From assembly GCF_004010195.1 (NCBI RefSeq), contig NW_025214621.1, positions 1 to 41,604 of the forward strand: 41,604 nt of DNA, read 5' to 3'. A program made the translations under genes and the position numbers. Below the pieces are notes generated by a model. The model worked only from the letters and a program-made list of their open reading frames with translations. It did not search any database and had not been told where the DNA came from. Positions 12,926 to 22,616 of the stretch are shown here, piece by piece; positions within the stretch are counted from its first letter, which is position 1, and every line of letters begins with the position of its first letter. The DNA comes from Chiloscyllium plagiosum. Its lineage: Eukaryota.

Positions 12926-13210
12926 ATAGAACGGTTGGAGGCATGCGCAGAAAAATGACAGATGGAGATTAAGCCAGATAAATGCGAGGTAATACATTTT
13001 GGAAGGTCAAATACAGGTGGAAATTATACAGTGAACGGCAGAACCCTTCAGAGTATTGATTTGCAGAGGGATCTGGATGTGCAGGTCCACAGATTACTGA
13101 AGGTGGCAGCACAGATAGATAAGATGGTTAAAAGAAAAAGGCTTCCGGCATGCTTGCCTTCATTGGGAGGGGCACTGAGTATCAGGATAGGCAAGTTATG
13201 CTGCAGCTTT
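12926..13210 (+). mobile_element. CR1 LINE 'A', left part of a 5'-truncated ORF2 C-terminal fragment (continues at 18106)
   Basis: Translation QMEIKPDKCEVIHFGRSN...YTVNG...QRDLDVQVH is the typical CR1 post-RT region. The sequence breaks at gcagcttt and resumes ctttatagaactttagtta at 18102. Confidence 0.9.
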
Positions 13211-15779
13211 TGTGACAATTTTGTCATTTTAAAAAGGTCATTTTGTCCCTGGGATTTTTTTTTTGGAGAGAGGTTTTGAAGGCAGAGGCGTGGAACCAGC
13301 TACTGGAGATGGCCGAAGTAAACAATTGAGGAGGCCTTTAGATTTGTTTTTTTTAAAAGGTTGGAACAAGAGAAGCAGCTTGAATGGGAGTGGCCAGTTC
13401 TCACAGACCAAGCGATTTTTTTTAACATTAGCAATCAGAAGCTGTTTGGGGTCCCAGAAGAATTAGAAATTTCAGTGAATGATTCCGAGCTGCTACTTTC
13501 GCTGAAATCTCTCTTGATGTTGTCTCCTCAAAGCTTGGAGAATGGCATGTAAGAATCTGTGTATGAATTTGCCTTTTTGCAAAGGAGTGTGTTTGTGGGA
13601 TGTTACCATATTGGAACAGTTAATTATTAATAGGTACTGTATCTACTGTAGAGTCATAGAGACATAAACCATGGAAACATACCCTTTGGTCCAACTCATC
13701 AATGCTGAACAGATATCCTAAATTAACCTAATCCCATTTGCCAGCATTTGGCCCATATCCCTCTAAACCCTTCCTATCCATATACCCATTGGATGCTTGT
13801 TAAATGTTGCACTTGTAAAGTCTTCCACCACTTCCTCTGGCAGCTCATTCTGTACACGCATCACCCTCTGTGTGAAGAAGTTGCCCTTTAGGTCCCTGTT
13901 AAATTTGCTCCCTCTCATCTTAAACCTACGCCCTCCAGATTTAGACTCCCCACCCCAGGGAAAAGACTTTGTCTATTTACCCTATCCATTCCCCTTGTGA
14001 TCTTATAAACCCCTATAAGGTCGACCCTCAGCCTCCGATGGTCCAAGGAAAGTAACCATCTCCCTACAGCCCAAATCCACTAACATATTTATAAATCTTT
14101 TCTGAACACTTTCATTTTTCAAAACATCCTTCTTCCAGCAACAAGACCAGAATTACACACAGTATTCCAAAAGCGGCCTAACCAATGTCCTGTACAACCG
14201 CAACATTCTGGGTAATTCAAGATGGAGGACGGGAAAAAATTGTGGCTGTAAGAGCTGCTCTTTCTTTTAGGTATTTTAGGAGTTCAACGTGATTTCCTTG
14301 AATTCCAAGAGCAGCAATTACTGTTCTGTATGCTGTTGCATTGTTTTGGAACTTTGGTGAAAAAACGTCAAAACAACAGCACTTTGAAAAGGGAGAAGGA
14401 CAGGCAACACACAGCACATGATCAGTGAAGGAGAGAAAGAAACCCACAATGCTAACTGACACAGCAGTGAATCTGTGGGTTAACAGCAGTGAATCTGCGC
14501 AGTTACTGCATTTGCTGTTGGAATTCATGGATGTCTGGACATCGGAGTGTGTCTAACAAAACTTAACAAACAGTAAAATTCATAACTGATCTTGGAGGAA
14601 CCTGTGTGGGAGAGCTCACAGCACAGGATCAGGTAAGTGTATAGTTTTTAAAGTGTAACCTTGCTGTAAGTCTACAGTAGTGGGTAGAGTGGTTTCTTTC
14701 TTGATTATATGTTTATTGAGATCTGTATCTTGATTAAACCTTAAAAATATAAGACATAAGTATGAAGTTAGCCTGGAGAAATTTTTTTTAGAGCAATAAG
14801 ATGGGGCTATTTTTGGGGTCTGTAGATTGTAAAGGAGCAAAGATGGCCTTTAGTAAATGCTCTTCTTGTTGGGTGTGGGAGAATTTACAGGTTACTGAGG
14901 ATTATGGCTGCAGGATATGTCTTTCGTTGTGAATCCTCTCAGATCGAATGGATCATTTGGAGTGACAGTTGGAGGCAATGAGGAATTTACAAGAGCAATG
15001 AGGTGTGATGGATGGCAGTTATAGGAAGGGAGAAAGGCTACAGATACAGTCGGATAGATGGGTTAACTCCAGGAAAGGTAGGAGAGTTATGCAGGTAGTG
15101 CAGGAGTCTTCTGTGGCTCTTCCCATTTCAAACAATTATGCTGCTTTAGAAAATGTAGGGGTGATGGACTCTCAGGGAAATGAAAAGCCAAGTTTCTGTT
15201 ATCAAGGTAGGCTCGAATGTAATAAGGAGTACTTTGGATTCCAAGCGATCGATTATGATAGAGGATTCTCAAGTCAGAGGCACAGACAGACGTTTCTACG
15301 GCCATCAGTGAAAAATCAGAATGATGTGTTGCCTTCCTGTTGCCAGGATCAAGGATGTCTCAGAGAGGGTGCAGAGTGTCCTCAAAGGGGAGAGGGACCA
15401 GCAGGAGGTCATTGTACATATTGGAATCAATGACATAGGAAAGGAAAAGGTTGAAATTCTGAAGGGATAATACAGAAAGTTAAGCAGGAATTTAAAAATG
15501 AGGTCCATGAGTGTAGTAATATCTGGATTACTCTCGGTGCTGCGAGCTCCTGAGAGTAGGAATAGGAGGATAGAGCAGATAAATGTATGGCTGAGGACCT
15601 GGTGCAAGGGAGAAGAGTTCATATTTTTGGATCATTGGAATCTCTTCAGGGGTAGAAGTCACCTGTACAAGAAGAATGGATTGCACCTAAATTGGAAGGG
15701 CAGTTGGGAAAAGAAGCGAGTCAAACAATCAGAACAGGCAGGGACAGAGCAGAGAACAAGGTAGGACTAATAAATTAAA

Positions 15780-15911
15780 CAGTCCAAAGATGTGCAGGAC
15801 AGGTGAATTGCCTGTAGTGTTAGGTGGAAATGAGTCTGGGTTATGCTTCAGAGTGTCGGTGTGGACTTGCTGGGCCACATGGCCTATTTTCAAACTGTAA
15901 GGAATCTAATC
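15780..15911 (+). mobile_element. HE1-like shark SINE, body and 3' part, within CR1 'C'
   Basis: cagtccaaagatgtgcagg...gtcggtgtggacttgctgggcc...actgtaaggaatctaatc resembles the elasmobranch HE1/V-SINE body and tail (recognised from memory, not searched). Confidence 0.65.
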
Positions 15912-16405
15912 ATAGACTGGCACTGCCATCATGTTAAGGGTTTAAATGAAGAGGAATTTGTTAAGTGTATGCAAGAACATTTTCTGATTCAGTATGTGGA
16001 TGTATCGACAGAAGAAGGTGCAAACCTTGACCTGCTTTTGGGAAATAAGGAGGTGACTGAGGTGTCAGTAGGGGAGCATGTTGGGGCCAGGGACCATAAT
16101 TATATCAGTTTTAAAATAGTGATGGCAACGGATAGATGGGATCTAAAGGTTGAAGTTCGAAATTAGAGGAAAGCTAATTTTGATGGTGTGAGGCAAGAAC
16201 TTTCAAAAGCTGACTGGGGTCAGATGTTCGCAAGTAAAGGGACAGCTGGAAAATGGGAAGCCTTCAGAAATGAGATAACGAGAGTCCAGAGACAGTAGAT
16301 TCCTGTTAGGCTGAAAGGAAAGGCCGGTAGGTATAGGGAATGCTGGATGACTAGAGAAATTGAGGTTTCAGTTAAGAAAAAGAGGGAAGCTTATGTCAGG
16401 TAAAG

Positions 16406-16539
16406 CCCTTTTTCCTGAAGAAGGGCTTATGCCCGAAACGTCGATTCTCCTGTTCCTTGGATGCTGCCTGACCTGCTGTGCTTTTCCAGCAACACATTTT
16501 CAGCTCTGATCCCCAGCATCTGCAGTCCTCACTTTCTCC
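16406..16539 (+). mobile_element. Short Penelope terminal-repeat insertion carrying a hammerhead-like motif
   Basis: Perfect 14-bp TSD tatgtcaggtaaag at 16392-16405 and 16540-16553. The sequence matches the 3' end of the Penelope at 31390-31518. Confidence 0.9.
16415..16442 (+). ncRNA. Putative minimal type I hammerhead ribozyme core
   Basis: CTGAAGA-A-GGGC-TTAT-GCCC-GAAA-CGTC: conserved CUGANGA and GAAA boxes, 4-bp stem II, palindromic ACGU in place of stem III. Confidence 0.7.
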
Positions 16540-18105
16540 TATGTCAGGTAAAGGCAGGAGAGATTGAGTGAATCCTTGGGAATATGAAGGCAGTAGGGGT
16601 ATACTTCAGAGGGAAATCAGGAGGGCAAAAGGGGACATGAGACAGCTTTGGCAAATAGGGCTAATGATAAACCAAAGGTTTTTATAAATACAATAAGGAC
16701 AAAATAGTAACTAGGAAGAGAATAGGGCCCCTCAAAGATCAGCAAGGCAGCCTATGTGTGGGGCTGCAAAAGATGTAGGAGATACTAAACGAGTATTTTG
16801 CATCAGCATTTACTGTGGAGAAGGACATGGAAGATATAGAACATGGGGAAATAGATGGTGACATCTTGAAAAAGGTTCATATTAAATAGGAGGAGGTGCT
16901 GGATGTCTTGAAATGCATAAAAGCGTATAAGCTCCCAGAACATGATCAAGTGTACCCCTGTACTCAGTGGGAAGCTAGGGAAGTGATTGCTGGGCCCCTT
17001 ACTGAGATATTTGTATCATCGATAGTCACAGGTGAGGTGCCGGAAGACTGGAGGTTGGGTAACATGGTTCACTCACTTCTTTAAGAAATATGGTAAGGAA
17101 AAGCCAGATAACAAAATAGGTGCCTGACATAGGTGATGGGCAAGTTGTTGGAGGGAATCCTGAGGGACAGTATTTACATCCATTTAGAAAGACAAGGATA
17201 GATCAGGAATAGTCAGCATTGCTTTGTGTTTGGGAAATCATGTTTCACGAACTTGATTGAGTTTTTTTGAAGAAGTAACAAAGACGATTGATGCGGGCAG
17301 AGTTGTGGACGTGATCTATATGGACTTCAGTAAGGCATGGGAGACTGGTTAACAAAGTGAGATCTCATGGAATACAGGGATAACAAGCCATTTGGATACA
17401 TAACCGGCTGGAAGGTAGAAGACAGAGGGTGGTGATGGAGGGTTGCTTTTCAGATTAGAGACCTGATAAGTATGAGGTGCTGCATTTTGGAAAAGCAAAT
17501 CAGAGCAGGACTTACACAGTTAATGGTAAGGTCCTCAGGACAAAGAGACATTGGGGTATAGTTTCAAAGTTCCTAGAAAATAGAGTCACAGGTAGATGGG
17601 ATAGTGAAGAAGGCATTTGGTATGTTTTCCTTTATTGGTCAGAGTATTAAGCATAGGATGATGAAGGGCAGAGGCTGGTACAATTACAGCATTTAATCGG
17701 GATGGATATATGAACAGGAAGACTTGAGAGGGATATTGGCCAAGTGCTGACAAAAGGGACTTGATTGGGTTAGGACATCTGGTTGGCATGGACGGGTTTG
17801 ACCGAAGGGTCTGTTTCCATCCTGGACATCTCTGACTCTATAACATGAAATCCCAACTTCCATACTCAATGCACTGTTATTTGGTTACGTCTGTCAATAG
17901 TTATGGAATTTTAAATTCCTCTTTATTTTGTTTGTATTTTAACTATCGTGTTTAAATTGCGTGTTGCTTAATGTCGAGTAGTTTAACCAGTTGCATCACA
18001 TCTGGAACATACACTTCACATTTACCTTTAAAATAAGAAAAGGTTAGGGTACAGGCTATCTTTCTAAAAGATTTCGAGGAGGTCAGGTCTCGTCCATAAC
18101 ACTTT

Positions 18106-18665
18106 ATAGAACTTTAGTTACGCCACACTTGGTATAATGCGTACAATTCTGGCCACCACACTATCAGACGGATGCCTTGGAGAGGGTCCAGAAAATGTTT
18201 ACCAGGATGTTGCCTGGCCTGGGGGTTGTAGCTATGAAGAAAGGTTGGACAGACTGGGTTTGCTTTCACTGGAATGCAGGAGGTTGACGGGGGCGACCTA
18301 ATAGAAGTTTTGTAAGATTGTGAATGGCGTGGATAGAGTGGAAAGTATGAGGCTTTTTCCCAGGGTGGGAGGGGTCAATTACTAGGGGACACAGGTTCAA
18401 GATGTGAGGGGGGCAAGTTTAAAAGAGATGTATGAGGCAAATTTTTCACACAAAGGGCAGTGAGTGCTGCTCAAGGAGGTGGTGCAAGCAGACAAAATAG
18501 CAGCTTTCAAGAAGCATGTGGACGAGTACATGAATAGGAAGTGAACAGAGAGATATGGATCCTGTAACTGAAGACAGTTTTAGTATAGAAGAACAAAATG
18601 TGTTGGCACAGGTTTGAAGGGCTGAAGGGCCTGTTCCTGTGCTGCATCATCCTTTAGTGCTCTCT
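18106..18665 (+). mobile_element. CR1 LINE 'A', right part with 3'UTR
   Basis: LERVQKMFTRMLPG-like translation, gggcctgttcctgtgctg 3'UTR motif, and a T-rich tail. Contiguous with 12926-13210. Confidence 0.9.
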
Positions 18666-18679
18666 TGTTTTTGTTGTTC

Positions 18680-18770
18680 TGCAAACTCCACACAGTTACG
18701 CAAGGCTGGAATCAAACCTAGGCCTCCAGCACTGTGAGGCAGTTGTGCTAACCACTGAGCCTCCGTGCTG
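18680..18770 (-). mobile_element. tRNA-derived SINE 5' head (HE1-like)
   Basis: Reverse complement cagcacggaggctcagtggttagcacaactgcctcacag...ggtttgattccag...gtgtggagtttgca, with Pol III A-box (GGCTCAGTGG) and B-box (GGTTTGATTCC). Confidence 0.8.
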
Positions 18771-18975
18771 TGGAAATATGGTGGAGGCAGGTACGAGTGA
18801 GGCATTCAAGAGTGCAGTGAGTGATTATTGGAACAGAAACACAAACAACTCTGTGTTTCATTCTCAGATTTATTCTCACATGTCATACATTGAAGTCAGA
18901 ATTATCTCACTTTCCCTCCCACCACCATTTTGGATTTTGGAACTTCAGATAAAGGGTCGCTTACCTGTACAAGGT

Positions 18976-19080
18976 TTTGGACTGCTGTTTCTTCATCAGG
19001 TAGCTACCTGACAAAGAAGCAGTGCTCCGAAAGCTGAAAGCTCAAATAAACCTGTTGGATTAGAACCTAGTCTTGTGATA
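18976..19080 (+). mobile_element. Second-family Penelope-type terminal repeat with an inverted 5' segment and a decayed hammerhead motif
   Basis: cctgacaaagaagcagtgctccgaaagct...aaataaacctgttgga, preceded by its partial reverse complement; perfect palindrome tcaggtagctacctga at 18996-19011. Confidence 0.6.
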
Positions 19081-19125
19081 TTGCCAGTATCAGGAGGTTT
19101 AATGCTGAGATGTATTTTCCTACAG

Positions 19126-19202
19126 TATCGCTGTTACTACATGGGATCTGTGAGAAAATTCCCTGGATCCCAGGTCTCTGCAAGCATGTGCTCAGGTTTC
19201 AG
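19126..19202 (+). CDS. ADAM-family metalloprotease, prodomain exon (77 nt, phase 0 to 2)
   Basis: Acceptor ttttcctacag, donor AG|gtaaac. Translates YRCYYMGSVRKFPGSQVSASMCSGF, matching the reprolysin propeptide motif CYYxGxVxxxxxSxxxxSxCxG. Not in the ORF track. Confidence 0.92.
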
Positions 19203-19282
19203 GTAAACAATCTGACTATTTCTTCTCAGGTTTTAAACTGGATTTAGATATAGAACATTTTAGCCTGTAAGATGTTCCCTTG

Positions 19283-19523
19283 GCAGGATCACTCACTGTG
19301 GGACTGTGCTGGGATGTGTTTATTCAGCAGGATGAGGGTCACTCACTGTGTAACTGTACTGGGATGTGTTTATTCAGCAGGGTGAGGGTCACTTACTGTG
19401 TAATTATACTGGGATGTGTTTATTCAGCAGTGTGAGGATCAATTACTGTGTAACTATACTGGGATGTGTTTATTCAGCAGTGTGAGGATCAATTACTGTG
19501 AAACTATACTGGGATGTGTTTAT
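19283..19523. repeat. 50-bp minisatellite, about 4.8 copies (last unit resumes at 20290)
   Basis: tattcagcag recurs at 19321, 19371, 19421 and 19471. Unit is approximately tattcagcagggtgagggtcactcactgtgtaactgtactgggatgtgtt. Confidence 0.95.
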
Positions 19524-20285
19524 TGTTAAGAAGTTGAAGGTGTGTACTGCACTCTTAAGAGTGTGAATGCTGTTCTGAACTGAGGGACGACAAGCACCTG
19601 TGTATATGACTAGATGTCAGTCTCAAGAGTTTACGAGAAAATTGAAAATATGTAACACTTGGCTGTGAAATGGATACCTGAGCTTTAGTTGCTATTTTGA
19701 CAATAATTTGAATTTAATCAATCATCTTAAATTATGCCCCAGGATATAAAACCCAACCAAGTTTGAATTTATTGTTTGCCAACATTGAACCAATGAGATG
19801 ATCCAATGTTGGGGATATAAAAAATCAGACAGAGCAACTGTCATTGAGAGAGAGAGAGAGAGAGAGACCCAAGAAATTAGGAAACACTCTCCATCAAAGG
19901 CACCTTTTTGGAGGAAACTTATTCGCAGTAAAAAGAAAGAAGATGACTCAGGAAGATCTTCAGCCATAAGAAGACAGACACCAAAAATGATAGCTGCTGT
20001 GTGATTTTGAAATTATGTTGATTTAATTTTCATAAGAGTTTTATTGGAACAACATATTGTTATAGAGTGGAGGCAGATAATAAGCAGTTAAGAGGAAGGG
20101 GGATTTAGAGTTGTGAATAGTTGTTTAATGTTCACTTTTAGAGTTAAAGGATAAATTGATATTATGTTCTTTAAATAGTGGAATTTGAGAGTTCACTGTC
20201 ACTCAATTTAACAGATTACAAGATGAGGTGAGCTTTTCTGGGTGTTTGGTTTAATTACAGAAGAGTTCACTGCTGTGTTGTAATA
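19524..20285 (+). mobile_element. Solo-LTR-like element (762 bp) with TATA-like box and internal (GA)n
   Basis: Starts TGTTA and ends GTAATA (decayed TAACA). 4-bp TSD ttat at 19520-19523 and 20286-20289 splits a minisatellite unit. gatataaaaa near 19814; (GA)n near 19846-19868. Confidence 0.75.
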
Positions 20286-20351
20286 TTATTCAACAGGGTA
20301 AAGGTTACAAGGATTGTTTTCTCTCTATCTTTGTTTGTTTCTCTTCTGCAG

Positions 20352-20526
20352 TGCTGTGATTGTGTTCAATAATCAAACATATGTCATTGAACCTATTGGT
20401 GGGGATGCAAGTGGTCGTCATTTGTTATACAGAGCTGAAGACCTCCTGCCAGTATCGAGCAGCTGTGGAGTCAGAAATCTAACCCTTGAGTTAAACCTGA
20501 CCGATCACCTCCAGCCCTCTCAGAGG
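20352..20526 (+). CDS. ADAM-family metalloprotease, prodomain exon with cysteine switch (175 nt, phase 2 to 0); ADAM8/12/15/19/33-like group
   Basis: Long polypyrimidine tract plus ctgcag acceptor; donor AGG|gtgagt. In frame with the previous exon: (S)AVIVFNNQTYVIEPIGGDASGRHLLYRAEDLLPVSSSCGVRNLTLELNLTDHLQPSQR, with YxIEP, HxxY and CGV motifs. Confidence 0.93.
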
Positions 20527-21529
20527 GTGAGTAATGAACACTGTAACTAAAGAACTCACAGAAAGAAAGAAGTCCCATAGAAAATACAATCCTCAGACAC
20601 AGCCTTCAGCTCAGGCAGCTCATGGAAGGTTCATTTACTCAGCATATTCCCGTTTCCCTTCTGACTCTCTTGCTCTCCTATTGAAAGTCGATATTGATGG
20701 AGATTGTCTCTGAAGCACTGACTCTAGAAATGAATCCATGGCTGCGCTATTCTTTCTGTGATGCAAATCTCCTATTATAAAGCTCTTATATTGAATTGTT
20801 TCTCTCTGACCTCTTGTTCGAGACTGTCAGCGACTGGAAACAATCAGTTTTCATCCATCTGCCCCATCATTTCACTATTCTTCAGACTTCCTTTCTGTCA
20901 TTGATGACAAAATGTGCTGACAGGAAAGAGTTTGAACCATTGTAAGAGATATGTAAAGCAGTAATCATTCAGCTCAGAAAAAAAATCAGTAAAAACGGCA
21001 AAAAATGCCAATGATGAGATGCTTGAACAATGTAATAAAGATGAAACTAAAACCAAATGACAAACCTTTCCAGCTCTGGTGTATTTCAGTCCCCAACAGC
21101 ATTTTAATCCTTTTACAATGTTATTACAGATTCTGCTACCCTCTGGACAGTCAGTCCCAATTCCATCCTCTAATAAATCCTTGTGAAATCTCTTTGTAAT
21201 AACACAGGGAACTAACTGAAAAAGTCCATCATTTATTGTTGAGCACCAAAATAGAGCCACTACTCATGGCACACACTGGCTGTCCCTGCTCTGACAGACA
21301 GTTCTGTCGTCCCATCCCTGGACCTGCTTTATAAAGGGCTCAGGTTATGAGGTCCAGCTCAGCAGGCCATTGCCTGTTACTAAGGGTACTCACCAGGGGA
21401 GATTTGTTGGTGATTCCCCATGAACCTTAAAGACCTTGTCATATTCCGAGATCTTATGTCAGGGATACAAGAAGAGAATATGGAATAACGGAAATCCCGA
21501 CTTAACAAACCCAACTCAAAAGAGTACAA

Positions 21530-21626
21530 AATAAAAACTGGAAATACTGCGGATGCTGTGAGAATCTGTTCTGAGGAAGGGTCACGCAACTCGAAATGTG
21601 ATCTTTGATTTTTCTCCACAGATGCT
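21530..21626 (+). mobile_element. Third-family Penelope-type terminal repeat fragment with hammerhead-like motif
   Basis: ctgaggaagggtcacgcaactcgaaatgt at 21571; related to the minus-strand copy at 25511-25615. Confidence 0.6.
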
Positions 21627-22077
21627 TTGAGTATAGGAGGTGGGAAGTGATGTTCAGACTGTACGGGACATTGGTGAGACCTCTTTTGGAATACTGTGTC
21701 CAGTTGTGATCACTCAGTTACAGGAACAAAGTTCAGCTGGAGAGGGTTCAGAAGAGATTTGCTAGAGTGTTGCTGGGGGTGGAAGGTTTGAATTATAAAG
21801 AAAAGCTGAATATGCTGCGACTTTCTCATGGAGCAGAGGAGCTTGAGAGGTGACTTTATAGAAGTTCATAAAATAATGAGGGGTATACATAGAGTTAATA
21901 GTAGTTATCTTTTCACGAAGATGTGGGATTTCAAGGCTGGGAACACATTTTTAAGGTGAGAGGAAAGAGATTTAAACAAGATATGAGGGGCAAAGTTTGT
22001 ACTCAGAGGTTGGTTTGTGTATGGAATGAACTTCCTGAGGACCTGGTGGATGTGGGTACAATTACAATATTTAAAAG
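21627..22077 (+). mobile_element. CR1 3' fragment (resumes at about 22617-22750 after an LTR-like insert)
   Basis: LYGTLVRPLLEYCVQ, LERVQKRF and QRLVCVWNELPEDLVDVGTITIFK. Continues catttggataagtacatg at 22617. Confidence 0.9.
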
Positions 22078-22616
22078 TGTCACAAAGCTGGTCCCTTTTT
22101 TCCAAAAGTTGTTCCTTTTCTCAAGGATACTGTGTCCTTGATTTTTCCAGTGGGGTCATAAACCCTCCCGGCTCCAAGGTGACTAGTTTGGTGCAGAGAT
22201 GAAAAAGGATGTTGAGAGGCCTAATGTCTATATGTAAACAGATGAGACTTCAGGCTAAAGTGGTCATGTTTTAGAAGTGATGTGTATAATGAAAGGGGAG
22301 TGGTCAGCTCTCTAGCTGAGTAGGCGAAAGTGGGTACTGAGATGCTGGAGATTAGAGTCAAGATTAGAGTGATGCTGGAAAAATGCAGCAGGTCAGGCAG
22401 CATCTGAGGAGCAGGAAAATCAATGTTTCAGGCAAAAGCCCTTCATCAGGAATCCTTATGTAATTTTGTGAATACATTTTTGTCTATTTTAAAACCTGGT
22501 AGTCAACCTCACTAACTTACTCCAGGTAATTTTCACTGTACACTTACCGAAACAAATTGCAAAGTTATGGTCTGGGCTGCTTGCTTAAGAATGTTTTTGA
22601 GTGGTCTGGCCTCGTC
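22078..22616 (+). mobile_element. Internally deleted LTR-like element interrupting a CR1
   Basis: Starts TGTCAC. Its end (aaagttatggtctgggctgcttgcttaagaatgtttttgagtggtctggcctcgtc) resembles the 18040-18095 LTR terminus. Terminal ACA and TSD not visible. Confidence 0.55.
22322..22453 (-). mobile_element. Short Penelope terminal-repeat copy (partially duplicated at 23070-23139)
   Basis: Reverse complement begins attcctgatgaagggcttttgcctgaaacattg and matches the 16406-16539 family. Confidence 0.85.

Larger units (their letters stand above)
14207..17841 (+). mobile_element. Near full-length degenerate CR1 LINE 'C': 5'UTR, ORF1 (Zn finger + SGNH esterase), broken ORF2 (endonuclease/RT), 3' tail
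   Basis: ORF1 from ATG 14843 has CSSC..CRIC, GDSQVRG, VHIGINDI and GLHLNWKG motifs with stops and frameshifts. ORF2 remnants include LDLLLGN, DHNYISF, VPEDWR and VDVIYMDFSKA. Tail tctgactctat. TSD aacat at 14202-14206 and 17842-17846. Confidence 0.9.
13650..17872 (-). mobile_element. CR1 LINE 'B', 3' fragment (13650-14206 plus 17847-17872), inserted in the LTR
   Basis: Begins with the reverse complement of the CR1 tail (agagtcatagaga). Reverse complement of the LVRPLLEYCV region lies near 14150-14200. Flanking actgt at 13645-13649 and 17873-17877. Confidence 0.85.
13211..18101 (+). mobile_element. Solo-LTR-like element (about 660 bp net: 13211-13649 plus 17878-18101), interrupted by nested LINEs
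   Basis: TGT...ACA termini. A 4-bp TSD cttt at 13207-13210 and 18102-18105 restores the host CR1 sequence when the element is removed. Orientation is inferred. Confidence 0.8.

Noticed and set aside
364..12997. Four ~4,100-aa ORFs (RE-rich on +, SL-rich on -)
   Set aside because: They result from a T-free tandem repeat that cannot contain stops in any frame. The unit length is not a multiple of 3 and there is no domain, codon or splice evidence.
18680..18770. Possible tRNA gene
   Set aside because: A and B boxes are present, but it continues into SINE body sequence and has no complete cloverleaf.
20314..20550. 78-aa ORF with an apparent signal peptide (MFSLYLCLFLFCS)
   Set aside because: The hydrophobic start is the translated polypyrimidine tract; the real exon is 20352-20526.
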